From positions 416,001 through 480,000 of the forward strand of contig CAVSHB010000002.1 of assembly GCA_963727775.1 (NCBI GenBank): a stretch of DNA of 64,000 nt, in the 5' to 3' direction. How positions within the stretch are numbered: the stretch's first letter is position 1; each line of letters opens with the position of its first letter. The DNA is from an uncultured Nitrospiraceae bacterium (GTDB taxonomy: Bacteria; Nitrospirota; Thermodesulfovibrionia; Thermodesulfovibrionales; SM23-35). The notes under the pieces are model-generated. The model did not search any database and had not been told where the DNA came from. It worked only from the letters and a program-made list of their open reading frames with translations. A program made the position numbers and the translations under genes. Below are positions 9,418-20,752 of the stretch, piece by piece.

Positions 9418-9615
9418 ATGGATACATTAACGGATAAAGTTAAGGAAATAGAAAAGGAAGAAATAATAAATGCTTTGAGGGAGTGCAATTGGGTCATGTC
9501 GAGGGCGGCAAGAAAACTCGGCATAACCGAAAGGATGATCGGTTACAAGATCAAAAAATATCATATTAAAAAGGAGGTGAAGTATATCGAAGATGATCCG
9601 ATGAGTGATCAATAG
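9418..9615 (+). CDS. Stand-alone Fis-type HTH protein resembling the NifA C-terminal DNA-binding domain
   Basis: SD GGAGG; EIEKEEIINALRECNWVMSRAARKLGITERMIGYKIKKY. Confidence 0.82.
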   Translation: MDTLTDKVKEIEKEEIINALRECNWVMSRAARKLGITERMIGYKIKKYHIKKEVKYIEDDPMSDQ

Positions 9616-9674
9616 CGCAGTTCACAAAAAAATAGATTAAATGTATCTGTTGATTTAATTAAAAGGAGGGAAGG

Positions 9675-10799
9675 ATGACGAAAAGGATTTTTACAAGCGG
9701 GCTGATGTTTTTAGTGTTATTAACATTCAGTGCGGGAGCATGGGCGGATGAGGAGAAGAAGGCAAGCGGTATCAATGTTGACGAAATAAAGAAAGCGCTC
9801 GGCCTGAGCATATACCTGCAGGGAGGATACAACTATAACTTTGCGAGCCCGGATTCGGGTGAGAACCAGTTGAGGGTGTTCGACCATAAGGCCAACAGCT
9901 TTACGCTGGACCTTGCGCAGATACAATTTGTAAAAGACCCGGCCGTAGGCGGCTTAGGCTATAAGCTGAAATTATCATTCGGTGAGACCGCTAAGTTCAT
10001 CCATGCCACGGGCCTCGGCAATGCAGGCGACGAATTTGACCTCACAGAGGCGTATGTAAGTTATTCAGCACCGTTGGGTAAGGGCCTCAGGTTCGACTTT
10101 GGAAAGATGGCGACATATCACGGGGCGGAGGTGATCGAGGCAAGGGACAACCCGAATTATTCCCGCTCTTATCTTTTCAACTTTGCCATACCATTTACCC
10201 ATACAGGGCTGAAAATGAGTTATGCATTTTCCGATGCCCTGAACGCGTCGGTCCATGTAGTCAATGGTTGGGACAACTTCAACGATAACAACAAGTCGAA
10301 AACCATGGGCTTATCAGTCGGCTATACCCCGGTTGAGCAGCTTGCAATGATTTTCAACCTTATGTACGGCCCTGAAAAGGACGATAACAACCACGACAAC
10401 CGTTTTCTGTTCGACTGGGTAGGTACGATAAAGCCTGTAAAGAACCTGAGCATAATACTGAATACCGATTATGCGACAGAGCAGCACTCTGATCCCGACA
10501 GCGGCGGCACGGCCAAATGGTATGGAATAGCGGCAATCGCAAAATACGACTTCAGCGACATGTACAGTTTGTCGTTGAGGGGAGAGTATTTCAATGATCA
10601 GAATGGCGTGAGGACTGGGACCCCGCAGCATTTGAAAGAAGTAACGCTGACGCCGGAGATCAGGGTAGCACAGGGTTTGATCGTGAGGCCTGAGTACAGG
10701 CATGACTGGTCGAACGGAACAGTGTTCGATGCACACGACACGCCGCTGAACAAGAAGCAGCAGGACACCATCGCGGTAGCGTTGATGTATACATGGTAG
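9675..10799 (+). CDS. Outer-membrane beta-barrel porin (putative porin-2/OmpL-like)
   Basis: Signal peptide, NYSRSYLFNFAIPFTHTGL, RPEYRHD, C-terminal aromatic (YTW). Confidence 0.8.
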   Translation: MTKRIFTSGLMFLVLLTFSAGAWADEEKKASGINVDEIKKALGLSIYLQGGYNYNFASPDSGENQLRVFDHKANSFTLDLAQIQFVKDPAVGGLGYKLKLSFGETAKFIHATGLGNAGDEFDLTEAYVSYSAPLGKGLRFDFGKMATYHGAEVIEARDNPNYSRSYLFNFAIPFTHTGLKMSYAFSDALNASVHVVNGWDNFNDNNKSKTMGLSVGYTPVEQLAMIFNLMYGPEKDDNNHDNRFLFDWVGTIKPVKNLSIILNTDYATEQHSDPDSGGTAKWYGIAAIAKYDFSDMYSLSLRGEYFNDQNGVRTGTPQHLKEVTLTPEIRVAQGLIVRPEYRHDWSNGTVFDAHDTPLNKKQQDTIAVALMYTW

Positions 10800-10830
10800 A
10801 AAAAAAGATAAATCAGCAAAGGAGACAAGT

Positions 10831-12857
<2,027 letters not shown>

Positions 12858-12867
12858 TAATAAGAAT

Positions 12868-12912
12868 GGACCCGGGGGCTTTACATTTGTCAAAGCCTTC
12901 GGGTCCTTTATT
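12868..12912 (+). terminator. Long hairpin with short T-tract between glnK and glnA
   Basis: GGACCCGGGGGCTTT...AAAGCCTTCGGGTCC followed by TTTATT. Confidence 0.55.
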
Positions 12913-12963
12913 GAAAATTAGCTGTCCGAATAAAATCAATAATATGTAAGTGGAGGCGAGAAC

Positions 12964-14376
12964 ATGACATCAAAAGAAGTAATGGAATTGGCAAAGAAGA
13001 ACAAAGCAGTAATGGTAGACCTGAAGTTCATGGATTTTCCGGGACTGTGGCAGCATTTTTCAGTACCGATTAAGGAACTGACAGAGGACATGTTCGAAAG
13101 CGGGTTGGGCTTTGACGGCTCATCCATAAGGGGCTGGCAGGCGATCCACATGAGCGACATGCTGGTAATCCCGGATCCAACGACAGCGATAATGGACCCG
13201 GTGACGCAACACCCCACGGTGAGCATGATCTGCACAATCGTAGACCCGATCACAAAAGAGCAATACTCAAGAGACCCCCGGTATGTCGCGCAGAAGGCTG
13301 AAGCCTACATGAAGTCGACAAAGGTTGCCGACACGGCATACTTCGGACCCGAGGCGGAATTCTTCATATTTGATGACGTGCGGTTTGACTATACCTCAAA
13401 CAGCGGATATCACTTTGTAGATTCAGACGAGGGGATATGGAACTCGGGGAGAGAAGAAAGCCCGAACCTCGGATACAAGCCGAGACATAAAGAGGGATAC
13501 TTCCCGGTCGCCCCGATGGACAAGCAGCAGGACCTCCGGACAGAGATGGTGCTGGAGTTGCAGAAGGCGGGGATAGAGATAGAGGCCCAGCATCATGAAG
13601 TAGCGACAGGGGGCCAGGCGGAGATCGATATGAGGTTCTCGCCCCTGGTAAACATGGCGGACAAGTTGATGATGTACAAGTATATCATCAAGAATGTAGC
13701 AGTAAGGAACGGAAAGACCGTGACGATGATGCCGAAGCCACTCTTCGGCGATAATGGTTCAGGCATGCATACACACCAGAGCCTGTGGAAAGGCGGCAAG
13801 CCGTTATTTGCGGGTAACGCATACGCTGGGGTGTCCGAAATGGCCTTGTATTACATAGGGGGAATACTCAAGCATGCCGCGGCGCTGGCAGCGTTAGTAG
13901 CGCCAACAACGAACTCATACAAGAGACTGGTGCCGGGATATGAGGCGCCGATCAACCTTGCGTATTCAAGCAGGAACCGGTCGGCGGCGATCAGGATCCC
14001 AATGTATTCCCCGAGCCCGAAGGCAAAGAGGATAGAAGTAAGGTTCCCTGATCCGTCCTGCAACCCGTATCTTGCGTTCTCAGCGATGCTCATGGCGGGA
14101 TTGGACGGGATAGAGAACAAGATAGATCCTGGAGAGCCGCTGGATAAGGACATCTACGAGCTTGGGCCTGAGGAACTCGCGAAGGTGCCGAGTCTTCCTG
14201 GTTCACTCGAGGACGCGCTTGATTGCCTTGAGAAAGACCACGACTTCATGATGAAAGGCGACGTATTCACGAAAGATGTAATCGAGATGTGGATAAGCTA
14301 CAAGAGAGCTAAAGAAGTCGACGCGCTGAGGCTCAGGCCCCATCCCTACGAGTTCTTCCTCTATTACGATATTTAA
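12964..14376 (+). CDS. glnA: Glutamine synthetase type I
   Basis: [51 protein letters not shown]. Confidence 0.97.
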   Translation: MTSKEVMELAKKNKAVMVDLKFMDFPGLWQHFSVPIKELTEDMFESGLGFDGSSIRGWQAIHMSDMLVIPDPTTAIMDPVTQHPTVSMICTIVDPITKEQYSRDPRYVAQKAEAYMKSTKVADTAYFGPEAEFFIFDDVRFDYTSNSGYHFVDSDEGIWNSGREESPNLGYKPRHKEGYFPVAPMDKQQDLRTEMVLELQKAGIEIEAQHHEVATGGQAEIDMRFSPLVNMADKLMMYKYIIKNVAVRNGKTVTMMPKPLFGDNGSGMHTHQSLWKGGKPLFAGNAYAGVSEMALYYIGGILKHAAALAALVAPTTNSYKRLVPGYEAPINLAYSSRNRSAAIRIPMYSPSPKAKRIEVRFPDPSCNPYLAFSAMLMAGLDGIENKIDPGEPLDKDIYELGPEELAKVPSLPGSLEDALDCLEKDHDFMMKGDVFTKDVIEMWISYKRAKEVDALRLRPHPYEFFLYYDI

Positions 14377-14418
14377 GGTTGTTAAGAGATTTTGAAAGTC
14401 AGTAGTTACGGATAGTCG

Positions 14419-14452
14419 GGCCGCTATCTGAGTGGAAATTCGGATAGCGGCC
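14419..14452. terminator. Strong hairpin after glnA (no clear U-tract)
   Basis: GGCCGCTATCTGAG-tggaaa-TTCGGATAGCGGCC. Confidence 0.4.
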
Positions 14453-14502
14453 TCTGCATCAGTGGGTAAAAGTAATCTTTATGAAGATTCAGGAGATACG
14501 CA

Positions 14503-15855
14503 ATGACACATGAGCCATTTGTAATGGATACGGCATTTTGGATAGCAACTGCAATATTTATTTTAGCCAATGTATTAATTATTTCGGAAAAAGTACATAA
14601 AGCAGTCGTGGCTATATGTGGCGGAGCTTTAATGCTTGTTTTAAGAATTCTTGAACAGCACGAAGCCTTTCAGGTTGAAGAATTCGGCATAAATTGGAAC
14701 GTTATATTCCTTCTTATTTCGATGATGGTGATTGTGAACCTGATGAAACCTACAGGGCTTTTTGAATATATTGCGATTAAAAGCGCAAAGCTGGGCAGGG
14801 GCAGGCCCTTCAGAATCATGGCTATTTTTGCCGTTGTAACAGCAGTTCTCAGCGCCTTCCTCGATAACGTCACAACTGTGCTTTTAATAACCCCGGTGAC
14901 AATACTTATAGCAGACGCCCTGGAAGTTGATCCGATACCTTATCTTATTTCTTGTGCCATTGCATCTAATATCGGCGGGACCGCCACACTCATAGGGGAC
15001 CCGCCGAATATAATGATAGCCTCGAAAGCAGGGCTTAGTTTTATGGATTTTATCTATCACTTGACCCCGGTTATCCTGATCGTAATGGTTGTGTACATTT
15101 TGCTGATTAAGCTTATTTGGGGCAACAAACTTAAGACAAGCGATAAACTTATGAACAGGATAATGGAAATGGATGAGCATGAGGCCATTAAAGACCCTGT
15201 GCTGACGAAAAAGTCTCTCTTTGTTTTTGCCGGTGTTTTGACAGGATTTATCTTCCACGGTGTGCTCCATCTTATGCCAGCCACCATTGCTTTATTCGGA
15301 GCAGGGCTGCTGCTCCTGCTTTCCAAACCACGGGAACCCCACAATGCCCTTATGGAAATTGAGTGGTCGACCATATTTTTTATCATGGGGCTGTTTATAA
15401 TCATTGGCGGCGTGGTGAAGGTAGGACTGATAAAGTGGATGTCAATAAAGGTACTTGATCTGACCCATGGCAATTTATTGGCAACGTCAATGGTGGTAAT
15501 GTGGTTTTCCGCCTTTGCATCAGCAATTATAGATAACATCCCTTATGTCGCAACGATGAACTCTTTGGTGATTGATATGGCAAAGCAGCTTTGGCCGAAT
15601 GTTTCAGGCGTTCAACTGTTGCAGCACCCCGGTATTATGCCTATCTGGTGGTCTCTGGCGTTAGGTGCTTGTCTCGGTGGGAACGGTACGGCGATCGGCG
15701 CATCTGCAAATGTCGTCGTTGTGGGGATATCTGAGAAGATGGGGAGGAAGATATCATTTTTGAAATTTACGGTGTTCGGAATGCCTATTATGATAATGAC
15801 GGTGTTTGTCTCAACTATATATGTCTGGCTGAGGTACTATGTATTAAAATTTTGA
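14503..15855 (+). CDS. ArsB/NhaD (SLC13/P-protein-like) ion transporter
   Basis: SAFLDNVTTVL, SNIGGTATLIGDPPNI, LGACLGGNGTAIGASAN. Confidence 0.9.
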   Translation: MTHEPFVMDTAFWIATAIFILANVLIISEKVHKAVVAICGGALMLVLRILEQHEAFQVEEFGINWNVIFLLISMMVIVNLMKPTGLFEYIAIKSAKLGRGRPFRIMAIFAVVTAVLSAFLDNVTTVLLITPVTILIADALEVDPIPYLISCAIASNIGGTATLIGDPPNIMIASKAGLSFMDFIYHLTPVILIVMVVYILLIKLIWGNKLKTSDKLMNRIMEMDEHEAIKDPVLTKKSLFVFAGVLTGFIFHGVLHLMPATIALFGAGLLLLLSKPREPHNALMEIEWSTIFFIMGLFIIIGGVVKVGLIKWMSIKVLDLTHGNLLATSMVVMWFSAFASAIIDNIPYVATMNSLVIDMAKQLWPNVSGVQLLQHPGIMPIWWSLALGACLGGNGTAIGASANVVVVGISEKMGRKISFLKFTVFGMPIMIMTVFVSTIYVWLRYYVLKF

Positions 15856-15884
15856 TATGGTGCTGGATACTGCCTGAAAACAGT

Positions 15885-16556
15885 TTAATCTTTTTGACAT
15901 TTTCCCCGGCAACTGCATAGCAGATTGCCTTTTGCTTTCTCAAGCGCTTCGCGGCCTTCTTTAAAAGAAAGGCCGGCTATCCCTAAAGCGCCGAGTGAGT
16001 CCAGCAGACCTATTCCTGTTAATTCATATCCCACGCTTGAAACAAGGAGGACTACAGAGAGCCACATGCAGACCTTTGAGCAATTAGCATCCGCAAGCAG
16101 TGCATCGGAATTAAAGCGTGTTCCGATTTTAACCTTGTAATGGATAAGCGCCCACATAGAGAGAATTGATACAAGCGAGACAATAATACCCCAAAGTGTA
16201 GTTTCCGGCTTATATCCTTTGTAGAGATTTATAAGCGCTGTCATGGTCAGACCGGCGGCAAGGATATAGAAACCATTGCCGGTAACTCTAAGGGCGGTCC
16301 TTTCAAATCTGTCCGGGTGTTCATTCCCATTACGCTTCATCCGCCGTACCATATGCCATATCCCGACGCCCGATATGACTTCAACAAAGGAATCTACGCC
16401 GAAGCCGAAGAGTGTGACCGTCCCGTCTTGAAATCCAAAGAAAACAGAAACAACGCCTTCGATGAGATTATAGAAGATAGTAATCAAAGCCAGGGCAGAC
16501 GCCCATTTATAGAATATCGAATTACCTATACGTGGCTTGAATGAAATAGTTTCCAT
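15885..16556 (-). CDS. Cation efflux (CDF-like) membrane protein
   Basis: YNLIEG, LFGFGVDSFVEV, ALLADA; Cys-rich tail. Confidence 0.78.
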   Translation of the reverse strand: METISFKPRIGNSIFYKWASALALITIFYNLIEGVVSVFFGFQDGTVTLFGFGVDSFVEVISGVGIWHMVRRMKRNGNEHPDRFERTALRVTGNGFYILAAGLTMTALINLYKGYKPETTLWGIIVSLVSILSMWALIHYKVKIGTRFNSDALLADANCSKVCMWLSVVLLVSSVGYELTGIGLLDSLGALGIAGLSFKEGREALEKAKGNLLCSCRGKCQKD

Positions 16557-16765
16557 TACTTATGATAACATTCCTACGCTTGGTAGTTTCTATTCCGCAC
16601 TGTCAGGTTTATTAACCCGGCAACAAAATAGCGCAAGCCGCAAAGTTTATGAGCGGTTTTTATCCTGCATATATACTTTAGTCTGTCCTCGTGCGGAGCC
16701 GGTCACTTTATTTTTAATTACCTTTCTGTTAAAGTGATTTCATGCGTGAAGCGGGTATTCCCGAC

Positions 16766-16887
16766 GACCGTGGCGTATATAGTGTTTTCGCTCATTCTCG
16801 TCCGCCTCGGCGGACTCCGAGGTAAATTTTGTTCCGTTAAATCTGCACAGAATTTAAATCCGCGAAAACACTATACACGCCATGGTC
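16766..16887 (-). repeat. Structured dispersed repeat family 1, copy B
   Basis: 26-bp IR with 2 mismatches (16766-16791/16862-16887); minus-strand core GCGGATT-[stem]-CCTCGGAG-TCCGCCGAGGCGGA-CGAGAATGAGCGA. Confidence 0.88.
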
Positions 16888-16932
16888 CAGCGGAGGGTAA
16901 TTCAACTCTGAAAAAAAGGAAGGCAGAAGACA

Positions 16933-17871
16933 TTGTCCGTGCAGAAATTATTTGTGCAAAAAGGAGAATCGGGAGAGAGGCTCGACACATTCCTCGCTAA
17001 GACAACATCCGTCACGCGTTCTCAGATACAAAGGCTCATAGAAAAAGGGGATGTTCTTGTAAACGAGAAACATTCTAATCAGAACTACAGAGTAAAAATA
17101 AATGACGCCATAACAATAAATGTCACTGAATATAAAAATGAAGAGCTTATTCCGGAGCCGATCGGGATTGATATCCTTTACAAAGACGAGCATCTCGTTG
17201 TTGTCAATAAACCTGCCGGTATGGTGGTATATCCCGCTGCCGGTCACAGCCAAGGCACACTCATGAACGCGCTTTATTATTACTGCGGGAAGCTTGCCAC
17301 AGTGGGAGGTCCGCTTAGACCCGGTGTTGTGCACCGGCTTGATAAGGATACGTCGGGCCTGATGGTTGTAGCCGTTGATGATAAGTCTTACTATGACCTT
17401 GCTGAACAATTCAAAGAGAGGACAATAAACAGAAAATATATTGCCTTGGTTTATGGAAATCTCAAAGGGGATGAAGGAGAGATAGCTCTCAGGATAGGAC
17501 GTTCCGAATCGGACAGGAAAAAAATGTCAACCCGCGTAAACAAAGGCAAAGAGGCCGTAACGAGATGGAAGGTAAAAGAAAATTTCAGAGGCGCCACGTT
17601 GATGGAGATAAAACTCGGCACAGGGAGAACACACCAAATAAGGGTGCATTTCGCTTCCATCGGACATCCTGTGCTCGGAGACAGGACGTACGGGAAAAAG
17701 ATCGATATTACCGTTAAGTCCGGCAAGAAGATTTCTTTCCCGAGACAGATGCTTCATGCGGAATTATTGGGGTTCACGCATCCTGTAACAGGCAGTCACC
17801 TTGAATTTACCGGACCTTTACCCGAGGACATGGCCCAAAAGATTCGTGAAATCCGGGACCGCAACAAATAA
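16933..17871 (+). CDS. rluD: RluA-family pseudouridine synthase with S4 domain
   Basis: NKPAGMVVYP, VHRLDKDTSG, TGRTHQIRVH. Confidence 0.92.
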   Translation: MSVQKLFVQKGESGERLDTFLAKTTSVTRSQIQRLIEKGDVLVNEKHSNQNYRVKINDAITINVTEYKNEELIPEPIGIDILYKDEHLVVVNKPAGMVVYPAAGHSQGTLMNALYYYCGKLATVGGPLRPGVVHRLDKDTSGLMVVAVDDKSYYDLAEQFKERTINRKYIALVYGNLKGDEGEIALRIGRSESDRKKMSTRVNKGKEAVTRWKVKENFRGATLMEIKLGTGRTHQIRVHFASIGHPVLGDRTYGKKIDITVKSGKKISFPRQMLHAELLGFTHPVTGSHLEFTGPLPEDMAQKIREIRDRNK

Positions 17872-17873
17872 AC

Positions 17874-18953
17874 CTAATCACCGAAACAGATACCCAGAGA
17901 TCTTGCGGCCTGCATTATGCCTGAAGCAAGATGCACGCACTTCATCTTACCGATTGCCTCTTCAATCGGCACAGCACAGACTTCGGTAGATCGAAGGGCA
18001 ACCATTTTGCCGAACTTGCCCGCCTCAATGAACCGTATTGCAGCGGTCCCGAACCGAAGTGCAAGCAACCTGTCAAAGGTAGTCGGCGCACCACCTCTCT
18101 GAAGATGGCCTAATACCATATCCCTCGTCTCTTTCCCCGTCCTTTTCCTGATCTCTTCCGATACTTTTTTCCCGATACCGCCAAGCCTGAGTTCTTCCCC
18201 CGGTTTTTTTTCTTCTACAACAGTGATGTCCCCTCCAACCGGCATGGCGCCCTCAGCTACGACAACAATGGCATAATCCTGGCCGACGAGTGAGAGTTGT
18301 CTTATCTTGTTGCATACTTTTTCGGTATCAAAAGGTATTTCGGGTATCAGGATTACATCGGCGGACCCGGATATGCCCGAGTGCAGAGCTATCCATCCTA
18401 CATAACGCCCCATCACCTCAACCACCATAACCCTGTCGTGAGATTTTGCGGTAGTATGAAGTTTGTCTATCGCTTCAGTTGCCGTATTGACTGCCGTATC
18501 GAACCCGAAGGTCACATCTGTTGAATTGATGTCATTATCAATAGTTTTCGGGACCCCGATGATGGGAAGTCCCTTTTTGATAAATTTGTTCGCAATGCGG
18601 AGACTGCCGTCACCGCCGATGGCGATAAGCACGTCGAAGCCAAGGGCCTTGAAATTTGAGACAACCGTATCCGAGATGTCCGTCTCGTAAATGTTTCCAT
18701 CGTGATTTTTTACCACATATGTGAACGGATCACCCTTAATCGCTGTGCCGAGGATGGTCCCTCCGATATTTGTGATGTCCCAGACACTCTCGGGAGTAAG
18801 CCGCACAATCTGTTTTGTATCAATAAGGCCCTGATAGCCGTATTTTATGCCATAAACTTCCCACCCCTTTTGGTAAGCGGCAAGGACAATGCCCCTGATG
18901 ACTGCGTTAAGACCGGGCGCATCGCCGCCTCCGGTATTAATAGCTATCTTCAT
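17874..18953 (-). CDS. pfkA: 6-phosphofructokinase
   Basis: TGGGDAPGLNA, GGDGS, PKTIDND, EVMGR, LGHLQRGG; start placed at MKIAINT. Confidence 0.92.
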   Translation of the reverse strand: MKIAINTGGGDAPGLNAVIRGIVLAAYQKGWEVYGIKYGYQGLIDTKQIVRLTPESVWDITNIGGTILGTAIKGDPFTYVVKNHDGNIYETDISDTVVSNFKALGFDVLIAIGGDGSLRIANKFIKKGLPIIGVPKTIDNDINSTDVTFGFDTAVNTATEAIDKLHTTAKSHDRVMVVEVMGRYVGWIALHSGISGSADVILIPEIPFDTEKVCNKIRQLSLVGQDYAIVVVAEGAMPVGGDITVVEEKKPGEELRLGGIGKKVSEEIRKRTGKETRDMVLGHLQRGGAPTTFDRLLALRFGTAAIRFIEAGKFGKMVALRSTEVCAVPIEEAIGKMKCVHLASGIMQAARSLGICFGD

Positions 18954-19017
18954 TTTAAAACCTCCACTTAAAACCTCCACGGTTTTTTTATAATGCTAAC
19001 AGCGCCCGAAGCCCGCA

Positions 19018-20133
19018 TTAAGGCCTCCAGTATTCCTCAAATTTCCCGCCCTTCGTGATCCAGACGATATACGGAGACACTGTGACATCGCCTTTTGTAT
19101 CAAACTTTATGTTGCCGAGAGCGACATGGAATTCCAGTGAATGCAGTTTATCGATGACTGCTTTCCCCTCAGTTGAATTGGACTCCTTTATTGCTGTCAG
19201 GAGGATATTTGCGGCATCGTATGCATAAATGGAATAGGGACCGATTTCTCCATACTTTGCCTGGTACTTCTCGATAAAACCTTTTGCCGACGGTATATTC
19301 CTGGGATCAGGACTGAAGGTGAGGAACGTGCCTTCTGCCGCAGGACCCGCAATCTCTATGAACTTCGGGTCTATTGTCCCGTCGCCGCTCATGAACCCTA
19401 TATTCATGCCGAGTTCTTTTGCCTCTTTAACGAGCAGTCCTGCTGCGGGATAGATACCGCCGAAAAAGATGAGCTCCGGGTTTTTATTCTTTATCGACGT
19501 CAAGATACCCTTAAAATCTTTATCTTCCGGGATAATGCTGCCGTAATAAACTACATTGACCTTATTATTGAGGAAGTTTTTGAATTCATCCGCCAACCCC
19601 TGTCCATATGTTGTCTTGTCATGGAGTACGGCAACATTCCTGAGCTTAAGATAATCTGTAACAAATTGTGCTGCAACCTTACCCTGCTGGTCGTCCCTGC
19701 CGCATACCCTGGATATGCCCTTGTATCCTTTATCTGTAAGCCGGGGGTTGGTTGATCCGGGGGTAATCATCGGGATTCCCGCCCTGTTGTATACATCTGC
19801 TGCAGCGATGGAACAGTTGGAATTGAAATGACCTATTACACCCACCACTCCTTCGTTGACCATTTTATTGGCCACAGAAACAGCCTGCTTGGGATCGTGC
19901 TGGTCATCGCTTACTATCACCTCGATTTTTTTGCCGAGGACGCCTCCTTTACTGTTCCAGTCCTCGACGGCAAGTGAGACGCCGTTCTTGAAATCCATAC
20001 CCATCTTTGCCTGGTCGCCTGTCATGGGACCGGCGATGCCGATCTTTATCGTTTCCTGCTTTTTCCGGCATCCGACACAAAGCATACAGAACAATAAACA
20101 GAATAATAAAATGAACAACAGGGCCTTTTTCAT
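19018..20133 (-). CDS. Branched-chain amino acid ABC substrate-binding lipoprotein (LivK/LivJ-like)
   Basis: IKIGIAGPMTG, DDQHDPKQA, GHFNS, RDDQQG, DKTTYGQGLA. Confidence 0.9.
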   Translation of the reverse strand: MKKALLFILLFCLLFCMLCVGCRKKQETIKIGIAGPMTGDQAKMGMDFKNGVSLAVEDWNSKGGVLGKKIEVIVSDDQHDPKQAVSVANKMVNEGVVGVIGHFNSNCSIAAADVYNRAGIPMITPGSTNPRLTDKGYKGISRVCGRDDQQGKVAAQFVTDYLKLRNVAVLHDKTTYGQGLADEFKNFLNNKVNVVYYGSIIPEDKDFKGILTSIKNKNPELIFFGGIYPAAGLLVKEAKELGMNIGFMSGDGTIDPKFIEIAGPAAEGTFLTFSPDPRNIPSAKGFIEKYQAKYGEIGPYSIYAYDAANILLTAIKESNSTEGKAVIDKLHSLEFHVALGNIKFDTKGDVTVSPYIVWITKGGKFEEYWRP

Positions 20134-20135
20134 GA

Positions 20136-20750
20136 TTATACGCCTCCTATGATATCAAGAAACCGTTTAGTATTCTTTTCAATATCCCCGCTGAGTATCG
20201 CCGACGCAACCGCAACCGCATCGGCGCCTGCCTTAAGTACCGCGTTGATATTCTCAAGGTTTATACCGCCTATCGCAACTACCGGCAAGTTTACCCTTTT
20301 TTTAATATCGAGGAGCATATCAAGGCCTTTCGGCCTCCCCGCGTTTTTCGTGGCAGTATGAAAGACAGGACCAAATCCGATATAATCGGCGCCGTCTTTT
20401 TCGGCGACCATTGCCTGTTCCAGGCTGTGTGTTGAGACACCTATTATACTGCCGGTCCCCATCATCTTCCGCGTCTCCTTTGCAGGCAGGTCGTCCTGCC
20501 CGAGGTGGACACCATCGGCGTTGACCGCGAGCGCAATATCAGGATGGTCATTTACTATAAATACAGCGTTAAATCCTTTTGTAATTTCCCTGAGGCCGAC
20601 GGCTTCTCCGTAGACTTCGCGCCTCGAGCTTTCTTTGTCACGGTACTGTATCCATCTTGCGCCTGCTTTTAATGCCTTAAGAGTAATGTCCCGGTATGAA
20701 AGCCCGCACGCGCCATGATCGGTAATAAGGCACAGACCGCCTAAATACAT
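20136..20750 (-). CDS. thiE: Thiamine-phosphate synthase
   Basis: QYRDK, VNDH, GVHLGQDD, GVSTHS, GPVFHTATK, VAIGGI. Confidence 0.88.
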   Translation of the reverse strand: MYLGGLCLITDHGACGLSYRDITLKALKAGARWIQYRDKESSRREVYGEAVGLREITKGFNAVFIVNDHPDIALAVNADGVHLGQDDLPAKETRKMMGTGSIIGVSTHSLEQAMVAEKDGADYIGFGPVFHTATKNAGRPKGLDMLLDIKKRVNLPVVAIGGINLENINAVLKAGADAVAVASAILSGDIEKNTKRFLDIIGGV

Positions 20751-20752
20751 GC

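Noticed and set aside
16537..17000. Short ORFs 16537-16737 and 16734-17000 (likewise 29984-30217 and 40315-40581)
   Set aside because: No protein motifs; they run across or beside the structured repeats and are best treated as spurious
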